A stretch of 63,984 nt of DNA, the filler included, from Mitosporidium daphniae (Eukaryota): the NCBI RefSeq assembly GCF_000760515.2. It is 4 parts of 4 records of this genome, joined end to end, with 100 filler letters (N's around TTAATTAATTAA, not from the genome) between each part and the next. Parts side by side here need not be neighbours in the genome. Positions count along the whole stretch, not along the records: positions 1 to 17,046 come from NW_013546732.1; 3 more parts are not named here. One strand, 5' to 3'. Below are positions 1-10,609 of this stretch, in pieces. Numbering within the stretch: the first letter of the stretch is position 1; each line of letters opens with the position of its first letter. The notes beneath the pieces were generated by a model that searched no databases, was not told the origin of the DNA, and saw only the letters and a list, made by a program, of their open reading frames with translations. Position numbers and translations under genes: made by a program.

Positions 1-1011
1 CAATGCCTGCTGTTCAATCGGCAACAGTAAGGAAGACCCAATCGAGCCACTTTCATTTGAATATCTTGGACGATCCGTTGATTTAAGCATGTCTGTCCAA
101 CCAATGCCCGGCCACCAGCGTTGATTTTCATAGAGATATAGCACGCGAATAATTTCGTTATTTGTCTTGTCATAAAGGTCAAAAAAGAGAATCCTTCTAT
201 GGAGGATTTCCGCCTTTGTTGGGATTCTGATGTACCATTGATTTTGGTTCTGATTGCCAACAGAAACCGGCCAGAACACACGACGATCAATCAGAACCGT
301 TGCAAAATATTTCTTAAAATAAAATCTCAGAAAGGAATCATACAAATACAGGGAAAGGCCACGAAAAATCATGAACGGGGGCCAATTCCACAAAAGGGCG
401 ACGTTCAACAGAACCATCAACAAATAGGAGACCTTTATTTTTGAGATCACAAAGCAAAGGACGAAAACGCGGAGTTCAAAAACCGAGCCCAAGGGATTGG
501 CAAGGAAGTTGTCAATATCATTGCAAAGTACTTGCATTCTTTTAGCGACCATCAGAAAATGGCCAATAAACGCAAGAATGTCCTGTTTTTTCTTGCGTAG
601 AAAATTCAATTGAGGATCAATTTTTTCAACCGAATCATATCCGCCAACCGCAGAAATAATAGAAGATCCAAAGGGATTTGCAGCGTTTTCAGAAAAAAGA
701 GAAATAACAATCCAAATGACCTTGAAGTTTAATCCCTTCAAAACTAATTGCATCGAGGAGGCCTGTGATAACCTTTCATCGAACGAGATTGAAGGAAGAC
801 AAAGGAAACCAAAAAAAACAAACGCAAAAAGAATATAAAATCTGCAATCAAAAAAGTAAAAGTTTATCAGCAGAATGAAAAAATAGTTGAACAAATGGGT
901 ATTGCCATTCCAGTAGAACAACGTATTCAAGATATCAGAGGCAATCGAAATATTGGCGTCAAGGTAGGTCGAAAATTCGGCCAACTGTTCAAAAAAGGAA
1001 CTTTCGCTCAT
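1..1011 (-). CDS. Pex24p/Pex30-family membrane protein with dysferlin-type domain (3' end runs off the window)
   Basis: Reading frame from ATG at 1011 (MSESSFFEQLAEF...) with several hydrophobic segments, then LYLYENQRWWPGIGWT..DRPRYSNE, matching the ENQRxWxGxGW motif. Not in the ORF track because no stop falls in the window. Confidence 0.7.
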   Translation of the reverse strand, partial: MSESSFFEQLAEFSTYLDANISIASDILNTLFYWNGNTHLFNYFFILLINFYFFDCRFYILFAFVFFGFLCLPSISFDERLSQASSMQLVLKGLNFKVIWIVISLFSENAANPFGSSIISAVGGYDSVEKIDPQLNFLRKKKQDILAFIGHFLMVAKRMQVLCNDIDNFLANPLGSVFELRVFVLCFVISKIKVSYLLMVLLNVALLWNWPPFMIFRGLSLYLYDSFLRFYFKKYFATVLIDRRVFWPVSVGNQNQNQWYIRIPTKAEILHRRILFFDLYDKTNNEIIRVLYLYENQRWWPGIGWTDMLKSTDRPRYSNESGSIGSSLLLPIEQQAL

Positions 1012-1166
1012 GGAAGATTGTGAATGGCTGCAAAAACCGTCGTCACGTTGCAGCACATAACATACCAGAAGGCGGGTTTAAACTTTGATCAACTCGGGGT
1101 TAAGAATTGTTTTGAATTTATCACTTGGTTAAATTTTAGAAATTAATTAATTTTTTACCCAAATCG

Positions 1167-2617
1167 ATGATTTCAGCTTCCAGCCCAGATACACTGATGG
1201 AGGGCGTTCCAGAAATCCTTTCGCTTTCCATAGAAGAGCTTTCTGGAATAGATCCACTGCACACTAGAGTTGAGGAAATCGTAAATCGAACCAAACTCTT
1301 GGAAAATGACCTAAAAGTTCACGGAAAGTTTAGCTAACCCTATAGATCTCGAAATCGGAAATTATGCGTCTAAACCATGACCATGCAACCATGACGGAGC
1401 GGTTAAAGGAGAACAAGGAAAAGATAAAAATGAACCAGCAGCTTCCGCATCTGGTGGGGAACGTCGTTGAGGTTTTTTGAGTGTTTCTTACGTCAACTAG
1501 ATTTTGAACATTTCGCCGGAAGATGAAGAGGATGGTGCAAGTCTTGACTTGGATGCGCAACGTAAAGGAAAATGTGCCGTCATAAAAACGTCAACACGAC
1601 AAGTAAAGGCTCATTACTAATTTGGAACAGACCATTTTCCTGCCTCTCATTGGACTAGTTGATGCGGAGGATTTGACACCAGGAGACCCTATCGGTGTAA
1701 ATAAGGATTCGTATTTGATTCTTGATAAGCTTCCTTCCGAATATGACCCGCGCGTCAAAGCAATGGAGGTCGATGAGCGACCCAAGGAAGACTACAATGA
1801 TATTGGCGGTCTCGATAAGCAAATTGAAGAGCTTGTTGAGGCAATTGTGCTCCCAATGACCCATCCAGAGCGCTTCAAAAATGTAGGCATTAAGCCGCCA
1901 AAGGGTTTGCTTTCATTTTTGATTCCTTTACTTTAGGAGTGCTTATGTATGGACCTCCAGGTACAGGAAAAACCCTTCTTGCCCGTGCATGTGCTGCACA
2001 AACAAAGTCAACCTTTTTGAAGCTTGCCGGTCCCCAGCTTGTGCAGGTACGAAGCGAAAAAATAATTCAAGATGTTTATTGGCGATGGTGCAAGGATGGT
2101 CAGAGACGCTTTTGCCTTGGCAAAGGAAAAGGCTCCAGCAATTATCTTCATCGACGAGCTTGATGCAATCGGAACAAAGCGGTTTGATTCCGAGAAAAAT
2201 GGCGATCGAGAGGTACAAAGGACAATGCTAGAGCTCCTCAATCAACTTGACGGGTTCTCAACAGACGACAAAGTCAAAGTGATTGCTGCCACCAATCGAG
2301 TTGATACTTTGGATCCTGCGCTCCTCAGATCTGGAAGATTAGACAGAAAAATCGAATTTCCGCTTCCAGATGAAGCCGCAAGGGTTAATATTCTCAGAAT
2401 ACATGCGCGGAAAATGCGTGTGTCTTCGGACGTAAAATTTGAGGAGCTTGCGAGATGTTGTGAAGACTTGAACGGCGCCCAATGTAAAGCGGTTTGCGTG
2501 GAAGCCGGAATGATTGCCTTGCGCCGCTCTGCATCCGAAATCACACACGAAGACTTTGTAGAAGGTCTTCAAGAAGTTCAGGCCCGAAAAAAAACCTCGC
2601 TGCAGTATTTTGCCTAA
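1167..2617 (+). CDS. RPT5: 26S proteasome AAA ATPase Rpt5 (regulatory subunit 6A)
   Basis: [33 protein letters not shown] and C-terminal LQYFA. Five GT-AG introns restore the frame: 1317-1345, 1472-1500, 1603-1630, 1905-1936, 2047-2071. Confidence 0.97.
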
Positions 2618-2646
2618 TTGGGACTTTAGGAGTAAATATAAACTAC

Positions 2647-2687
2647 AAACGAGAAACGAGAAACGAGAAATGAGAAATGAGAAATGA
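2647..2687 (+). repeat. 7-bp tandem repeat (AAAYGAG)x6 downstream of RPT5
   Basis: aaacgag x3, aaatgag x2 and a partial sixth copy, read directly. Confidence 0.85.
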
Positions 2688-2956
2688 ACTGTGTTTGTGC
2701 TGCTAATAGATCCATAAATAGACGCGTAAATTTACTGGAGCTCTGGATTTACATTCGCATTTACGCTGGAAATCGCATGGTATTTTTAATTTTGAATGGG
2801 CCTATTACCTTTGTGGGATCCATCAGCAAGTTTCAACGTCATCACGGGTGATGTGTACAATTTTACAAACCCTAGTACAAAAGTTGTAAAAACGGCCCTT
2901 TTAATAATTTTTGCACATCCAGGCCCAATAATTATCAACGCGCTTGAACGGCATAC

Positions 2957-3722
2957 ATGAGAGCCGGACCACAATGCTTTTCATTTGCATCGATCATTAA
3001 AAGATATAAAGTCGCTAAAAAATGTTCCAAAAAAGCGGTACAACCTGGTAGTCACCGATTTCTTTGCGATACCGAGGAAATCCTTATTTGTAGAGAAATC
3101 GAAGCTGCAAATGCTCTTTTTGGAATTGAACAGAGAAATAAATATACCATCCGTGACCCTAAACAACCAGACTCTGTGATTGGCCATATTTACGAAGACA
3201 ATGCAAATTCTTTCCTGCAAAGGCAACTTCTTGGCCGCTTCCGTCCATTTTCACTGATCGTTTGCGATCAAAATTGGGATAAAAAATTTGTGCTCACTAG
3301 GCCTTTTACTCTTTTCCAATCAAACGTACAGGCCCATGAGTGCAGCTCAAATTCAAAAGTTGGGAGTTCCATGCAACATTGGCATTTATGGAGACGGCAA
3401 TATTCACTGCTGAACGCGCAAAATCGCATGTTCGGTTCCATAGATGCCGGATTTCTTTCTTGGGATTTTGAAGTAAATAGGAGCGCAAAGAAGGCTCCTT
3501 GTTTGATTACCAGAAATTTTACACATCTTTTGAAAGAGGTACGTTGTATCACCCATCCTGCTGACCATTTAGATGTTTACGGATTCCGGTCACTATTTGC
3601 TAAAATTTAAAGATTTAAAGCGGGACGAAAAAATAATTTTGCTGGCTTGTGCACTCTCAATTGACTTTGACTTTTTTTCACGACATTCAGACCTGGGACC
3701 GCCTATACATTTGTCTGTGTGA
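2957..3722 (+). CDS. Phospholipid scramblase family protein (Aim25-like)
   Basis: FGIEQRNKY, QHWHLWRRQY, FLSWDF. After a short intron near 3539-3572 it ends ...LSIDFDFFSRHS..., with stop at 3720-3722. Confidence 0.88.
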
Positions 3723-3725
3723 AAA

Positions 3726-4561
3726 ATGAAGAAAATAGATTTAAGAAGCTTTCCATCGCCAAATCGCAGCTATGCAACTATCCTGCTAAATTGCGACAGT
3801 AAGGATCGCTTCTGGATCCACTCCGACCCCCTTTCAATTAGAAGCCTTTGGAACGGCTCCTCCGTTCGTCTTTGCGCAGATGGGGCGGCAAATCATTTGC
3901 TTCGTATTCTTCCAAACTTTGATTTCGAGCTACCAAGCCAAATCATTGGAGATCTTGACTCGATCACACATGAAACGAGGCAGTATTTTTTGGATAAGGT
4001 AGCTTGCTCCTGCTTCACGAGCCTAGAATGTCAAAGTTGTCGATTTGTCGCATGACCAGCATACTACCGACCTACAAAAGTGCATCTGTTTTATCCTTTC
4101 CAAGTTTGTACTGGTTCCATTTCCCACAATAGGCCCGATATATCGGAGCTAATTATTATTGCGCAGTTTTCTGGAAGAATGGATAGTGCCTTTAGCATTG
4201 TTCACTCGGTTGCCGCTCTTTGCTCGTCATCGCCAAACATCACTGCCCTTGTAATTACCGGAACTTCGTCTTTTTTCATCGTGCTTCCAACGGGGAAATA
4301 CGAACTTTTTATTGGCCTCAATTTGGCTGATCATCTGCGCATCGGAGATCACATTGGAATCGTTCCCATTTCCACGAAAGAAACCATCGTATCGACAGAC
4401 GGGCTGTATTGGGACTTTGGTATCTCTATTATTTATTGATAATAGACCATGACAGGCTAGAATTTGGAAGTCTAATTAGCACATCGAATACATGGAGGTT
4501 GATGGAAAAAAAGAGGCTGGTCCTCGACACAACAGCCCCTGTTTTGGTCAGCTTTGGTTAG
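3726..4561 (+). CDS. THI80: Thiamine pyrophosphokinase
   Basis: CADGAAN, IIGDLDSI, DQHTTDLQK, GRMD, TDGLYWD, LISTSN. Three short introns; stop TAG at 4559-4561. Confidence 0.9.
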
Positions 4562-5012
4562 GCGCATTTAAATACAAATCCAGTGGAGGATAGGCGCGTT
4601 TCTTGACCGGAATAAAGATATTTAAAAGCGATATGCACCACGTTGAGTATATCTCCCTTAATCGTGCGCGAACCAGAGCTTCCTTCCAAGTCAGTGATTT
4701 TTGGATGTCGTCGAATTTGCCAGAAATTATTATTTTAACCATGCAGGGAGATAAGTAGGCATAGTATGAATAGGTGTTGATGGTAGCAAGCAGTCCCAGG
4801 TGCGGATCTGTTTCGACCGTTTTTATCTTTGAAATGCTTTCAATCGTATCAAGCAGAGAAAAGACATTTCTCTCAAACAGTTCTTTGTTTGCACTTGAGG
4901 CCTCGTCGTTTCCGTCGCTTCCGTCGTTGCCGCCGCCGCAAGGAAAGGCCGTTCTCATGTATAGGGGCGAGTTTGACCGGCTGATGATGGCAATTGCATA
5001 AATTTTAAACAT
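4548..5012 (-). CDS. Sedlin/longin TRAPP subunit (TRAPPC2L/Tca17-like)
   Basis: AIAIISRSNSPLY, DPHLGLL, YAYLSPCMVKII: a sedlin-family pattern. Confidence 0.75.
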   Translation of the reverse strand: MFKIYAIAIISRSNSPLYMRTAFPCGGGNDGSDGNDEASSANKELFERNVFSLLDTIESISKIKTVETDPHLGLLATINTYSYYAYLSPCMVKIIISGKFDDIQKSLTWKEALVRARLREIYSTWCISLLNIFIPVKKRAYPPLDLYLNAPNQS

Positions 5013-5084
5013 CGAAAATAAACTCGCCTATGCAATGCCCGCTAAAAGCACATGTTGTAAATTTCGGATTTAGCATTTTTATTT

Positions 5085-5588
5085 TCAGTGCACACTTGGT
5101 GCCCTGTCGATGGCCGTTGAAAAGGTCACAATAAAGCTGGCAAAAATCAGGGTGGTTGTTGCAAATTGACAAATCGAAATCAGACTTCTTGATTCTATCA
5201 AGTAAGACAATATAATAATTATGGTCCACAGCGCAAAGAATATCCATCTATAACGACAGTTGGAGTGTAGCGGTACATGAGGGCACCGGTTGCGCTTTCA
5301 GAAGCAGACCCAGCAAATGCAAACCCCACAGCCAGGAATATCAAAAGAACGCCATCTCTTGCGATTGCATTGGATCTATAAACCCTGGAAAACTATCCTA
5401 AAAATTGATGTGCCAACTTTTATCTTTGAAGGCTCCTCTGTGTCTTTGATCACATATTGGGCAAACGCTCTGGGCAGAAAAGATAGCCACCAAATTATCA
5501 GCATGATGAAAAGCGCTATCCATCCGCCCCGTTGGGAGCCCTCCCAGTTGAACCCCTGACTTTGAATTGTTTCGTTATTTGCAGCCAT
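5085..5588 (-). CDS. Small ~4-TM membrane protein of unknown function (intron-containing)
   Basis: Exons encode GGWIALFIMLIIWWLSFL, ARDGVLLIFLAVGFAFAG, WIFFALWTIIIILSYL and TLIFASFIVTFST. Exon junctions inferred. Confidence 0.6.
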
Positions 5589-5792
5589 TACTTGTTCGGC
5601 TGTTTGTGCAGTTTATATGGCCCGATGGCCAATCTAATTAGGGTTTTAATTTATTAATAAGCTCCTATCATTAAGCTCAAGTTTATTGGTCTGTGTGTCT
5701 GTATAGCGAGTCGATCAAAGCCGNTAGTGTGGATTTTTTGATCCAGGTGCCACACCAGTATTGCCGAGATGGCCGTAGGCGAGTTTTGAACA

Positions 5793-6414
5793 TCAAAGCT
5801 CATATTGGTACTTGATCAAGCCGGCAAGATTAGCCACAGGGCCGCTTTGAGGGCTGGCGCCCTGTGCGGCCCTCTGCGGCTTAGCGAGGCCCATTTGTTC
5901 CTGCTCAATTTGGTTTATCAAATTAATAAAATGGGAGTCGTGGTTCTTGATCTTTTCCGCATATTCGGAAATCAAAGAAGAAATCCTGGGCTGATCTAGA
6001 GCAAAAAAATCCTCCATCGAGCATAGGGATTTCGTTTCCGAGCTTAAAACATCCCTCCAAATGTCATCCTCAAATTGCGCAATCGGACGCGATCTCAACA
6101 GGATATTCGGAACTAGAAATATTGGCGAAAATCTTACCGAACCAATTCCGTGGCAAGGCTTCATCCTTTTGGTCCTTAAAATCAATCCTCGGCACGGCAA
6201 GCGTAGAAGAAAGAAAAGACCGAAGATTCTTCTGAGATACCAAATCCTCTAACTGAGATAATTCCAACGAATAGATGCTGTATTTTGCAAGGGCATCTTT
6301 CCAGTTAACTTCGGAACTAGAGGCAACCGATGCCTCTAATTCAGAGATATATTGGATCATCTTTATGAGATGACTCCTAATGGGGTCGAGGAGGATGGAG
6401 TCGTTATAGTCCAT
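5793..6414 (-). CDS. MED8: Mediator subunit Med8
   Basis: N-terminal helix, then VNWKDALAKYSIYSLEL, and after a short intron VPNILLRSRPIAQFE (LLRTKP-type motif). 3' end uncertain. Confidence 0.65.
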
Positions 6415-6896
6415 TAAATTTAAATTAAAACTAAATCTCAACTATCCGTATTTTGGTCACAAATGGGCTTAAGCAGCTCCGATCAATTTAGAGCTCTGCT
6501 CTGATATTTCAAAATGGGCGTTTCCGCACGAGCTTAAATTGAACCCTAACAATATGGCTGTGATTAGAATGCATGTTTACAAATAAGGGCTTATAAAAAC
6601 GTGGCCAAGGCCGCAAAAAGGCAATTTGCATCGTTCTGGCAGTCTTGGTCTGGAGCACGCGACAAAGTGGCTGTCCCGCAAGGACGACCGAAAAACGTTA
6701 CACACGTGCAATCTGAATCCATTTTGTTGGGTTGACAAATCAAGTTGAGGCGCAAAAATCAAGCTCAGGTGTCAAATGACTTCATTTCGATGCTTATTTA
6801 TATGCGGTGATTTCAAATTAATCACTTGAACTGGAGACAGATTTTAAACGCGGTCTAAATTTTAATTTGCAATCGCTTTTATTTTTATTTTACCTA

Positions 6897-7316
6897 ATGG
6901 TAAGCGCGCTATCCACAGCATTTCTTTCTTCATAGACGTCGATTCCGAATCCGAAGGCATTTCCGCTCGCTGATGCAGCACTTACAAACACTATTTTAGA
7001 CATTGTGCAGGTTTCTTCCAGATACAAGCAACTTAGGAAGGGTGCCAACGAGGCCACAAAGACGCTAAATAGAGGCATCTCCGAATTTATAATCATGGCA
7101 GCCGATGCCGAGCCATTGGAAATCATTCTGCACCTTCCGCTTCTTTGTGAAGACAAGAACGTTCCATATGTGTTTGTTCCGTCGAAAGAGGCCCTTGGTC
7201 GTGCCTGCAATGTTTCGCGTCCCGTTATAGCGGCAAGCGTCACTTCAAGTGAAGGCTCTGAACTAAGTCCTCAAATAGTGGCCCTTCGCTCCCAAATCGA
7301 GCGTCTTTTAATTTAA
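6897..7316 (+). CDS. SNU13: Snu13/15.5K L7Ae-family snRNP/snoRNP protein
   Basis: [39 protein letters not shown] 36-nt intron (6900-6935) directly follows the ATG. Confidence 0.97.
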
Positions 7317-7376
7317 TAATAAATTGGGCCTTGTAGCAAGTTATTTCGACCATCAAGTGTGCATCTTATTTATCGA

Positions 7377-8825
7377 TTAAGCACTGTTGAGAGACTCGTC
7401 AATTGCAGAAACGTCGTTGGTCGGAATTTCTTTCATCGGCTTGTTGAAAAAGGTGCGGATTGCCATAAGAATGTCAAACGAATGGGCATCATGCACCATG
7501 TTTATGGCTATTCCAGAGCGACCAAAGCGCCCTGTTCGTCCAATACGATGAAGATAGGTTTCCGGATCTACTTTACGATCAGCGGTCTCTGGAAGGTCGT
7601 AGTTTATGACAAGCGAAACTTGAGGAATATCGATTCCCCTGGCAAGGACATTGGTGGCGATCAGAACCCTGGAGCGGCCAGCCCTAAACTCATCAATAAT
7701 GGCATCTCTGGCATCTGAGTCCATCCCTCCGTGTAAAACGGCAGTCTGATGGCCCTCCAATGTCATCCAGGCCTGAACTTCCTCTGCAGCATTTCTGGTC
7801 TAAAGTTCAAATTAGAAACTACGATCCAATACCGCAACAAAAATAATCGACTGGCTCATCGAAAGGAGTCCATAAATTGCAGCGAGCATTTGGAGGCGAT
7901 GCTTGGAATTTTCGCATTTCATGTAAAATTCTGTAATGGCATCAATACTGAGCTCCTCTTTCTTGAGGGAGAGAATGTTTGGGTTTGGCACAACTCGACT
8001 TGCAAACGCCATGACTTCTGGTTTGAAGGTTGCTGAGAAAAGCAATGTCTGAACGGTGGATGGGCAAGCTCTGGAAAGCGTAAAATATGAACATCAAACT
8101 TACGCTTTTACACGTACAGATTGGGTACCAAGGTTCTGCTTGTCCAACATCACATCGGCTTCGTCAAAAACGAGCACGCGCAGCTGACTCAAATCCAACA
8201 TCCGTCTGCGGATGAGCTCCAAAACTGTGCCCGGAGTGCCAATGACGATTTGCCGATTGACAGCTTCATCTAAATTTCCTTCCCTCAATGCGGTTCCTAT
8301 GGTGATTGTTGTGAATTTGGCCATCTTTAGAACAACATCTTCTATTTGGCGGGCCAATTCACGAGAAGGCGAAAGACAAAGAGCCTGTGTCACTCCCTCA
8401 AGAGAAGGATTTATCTGTTCCAGCATGGTCAGGGCAAACGCAGCTGTTTTTCCTGTTCCCGATTGAGATTGGGCGATTAAATTTCCCTTTGTCCGAAGTA
8501 AAATTGGCAAGGCCTTTTCTTGGACCTTTGAGGGACGGTTGTAGTTCATCGCGTAAATTCCTTTCAGCAATTCTGCAGGCAGTCCCAATTCTTCAAACGA
8601 GGATGCCGAATAAAGAGGAGAATTCACATCTGCCTGCTGATCTGCCAGTTGAACGGATACCTTTCCAGACACTGTCTGGAGAAGCGATGCCACATCGCCA
8701 ACCTTTACAATGTCGTCGGTAAACTTGTTTGAATCGGACATTTCCGCATCCTGCTTTTCTGCGGTCATTTTCGCAATCCTGGCAGCAATGGCTTCAGAAG
8801 TGGAAGCAGAGGTAGAATTATCCAT
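7377..8825 (-). CDS. DBP5: DEAD-box mRNA export helicase Dbp5/DDX19
   Basis: AQSQSGTGKT, DEAD, LFSAT, TNVLARGID, DPETYLHRIGRTGRFGR. Two short introns. Confidence 0.95.
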
Positions 8826-8874
8826 CAAATGGAGATGTTTTTAAATTAAAGAACCCCCTTTAAATTTAATACCA

Positions 8875-10229
8875 ATGGCTCAATTGAGTGGAGGCAAAAT
8901 TTCAAAGCCGCGAAGGACGCTATCCAACCAGGCTATAAAGTTTGTGTGCGAAGGCAAAAATGAAAATGAACCTTCTTCGCACAACACTGGCAAGAGAATG
9001 TCATTTTTCCATCATTCTCCACCACAGGTGGAAATTTCTGGCCGTCGATATTCGGTATGTTTATCTGATTGCCAATTTTAGGCCTTTATCGATTCGTCAG
9101 ATGGATTCATATTTGCCAAACAAGAGTGTTCTGCAAGCGACGCTCTTAATGATGCCAACGAGCGAATGCTACCTAGCCACCAGCCTTGTATAGAAAGGCG
9201 CCAACTTAGGGAGGTTGAGCTTTCCGAGATGGTATTTAAATTTCAAGCTAAAGTTTAGGCGCCTGCCGTCTCTGTGAGCGAAAACTCACATCAACAGCCA
9301 TCAAATCAATCTTCGCTCAAACGGCTTTCTTCTCGCCGACGGGCGTCTTCCCTACTGGGCTCGAATTTATGTAATGAATAGTTGTAATTATTTGCAAAGA
9401 CACTCTTCATCCAGCCGTTGATCCTTGCTCCTACTACAGGCATATCAGTTCAGATCTTCCCGGCCCGCTTCGCATGCGTCAGCTATTGATTTGGTGTCTT
9501 CAGACGCCTGCATCGTTTAATAATGCTAAAAAGGAACCCTTCGACAAAGATTCCCTAATTGCAGACCTTTCAGGCTCAGAGGCTCCGATTCAATTGCAAG
9601 AGGATTTAATAATTAAGAGCGTGCTGGAAGGTGTCGTCGACGGTCTTATTAAAAAGCATGTCCAAACTACTTGGTATCACGTCCCAGTATGCTTTTGATA
9701 TTCATATTTAGATCCAATTTGTTGAAGATAAAGCAGTAACTTCTGGAGAGGTTCTAAAGCCAAATCCTGCAAACGAAAGGATCCGGCGCGAATTTTTGCT
9801 GCTATCTGGGGTTAACGATAAGATAGAAAAAGAAGTGGCCACTTGGGAAAATTACGTGTCCTTGCTATCTGCTTCAGCAGCTTCCGCAATTGCTGGGACC
9901 ACTGTCGTTGGAAGGGCATCTTTGGCTCCAGAGTGCGATTTGCCTGCAGATATCATCCAATCTGAGCTCGATTCGAAACGGATTTTACTCGAATTTTCGT
10001 CTTTTCTCAAGAGCTTTTCGTTTAAGGTGTGTATTTGCTAATTTACCTCCAGGTTGACCATTTTTCGCACCACTTGCAGATATGTTCTCATATCCACGAA
10101 AAAGCACTCCGGTTCGCTGATGATGCATATCACGAATTGTATACAAAGGTTGTTAAGCCATTGGAGCCCAATAGCATTGGGGACAGCATTGGTGTTCTGA
10201 GGGCACTCTCAAGAACGGTTCCATCCTGA
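8875..10229 (+). CDS. DSN1: Kinetochore Mis12-complex subunit Dsn1/Mis13
   Basis: RRRASSL followed by LHPAVDPCSYYRHISSDLPGPLRMRQLLIWC (Mis13/Dsn1 signature). Multi-exon; start uncertain. Confidence 0.72.
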
Positions 10230-10517
10230 ACATTTATATCTTTTTCTTGGAGAAATTATTGGCGATTTTGTTGTTTCTCTGGAAACATTGAGCCAAAGGC
10301 TAGTACTTTTTGAGAACCTCCGCCTTTATGACTCCAATGAGTGTTATGATTTTGATAAACATATTGTCTGCATAAATAATATTGAGCAAGCTTTCGTTGA
10401 AGCCTATTTCTATTAATAGCCACAACGAACCTTTTCCTACATAGCCCTCAAAGCTATGTGTTAAGGGTAGGCTTAAATGATGTGATAGTTAATTTAAAAT
10501 AGGCAACAGAACCATAT

Positions 10518-10609
10518 TTAGGGGCATGGTTAGGGTTTGGCTTGGGTGTTACTTGTGCTGCACTTCAGTCTTGATCTTGTTAATTTAAATTTTAGGGTTA
10601 GGGTTGGGG
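10518..10609 (+). repeat. Degenerate interstitial telomere-like TTAGGG motifs
   Basis: ttagggg at 10518, ggttagggtt at 10528, ttagggttagggttgggg at 10592-10609. Confidence 0.6.

Noticed and set aside
1167..2617. Fragmented ORFs in RPT5 and many other genes, resembling pseudogenes or stop-codon reassignment
   Set aside because: Micro-introns explain the breaks, eRF1 motifs are standard, and all three stop codons end genes.
5785..5811. Possible GT-AA intron extending the MED8 C-terminus (LIKLAYGHLG...)
   Set aside because: The ORF can end normally at 5793, and an ambiguous base nearby suggests low sequence quality.
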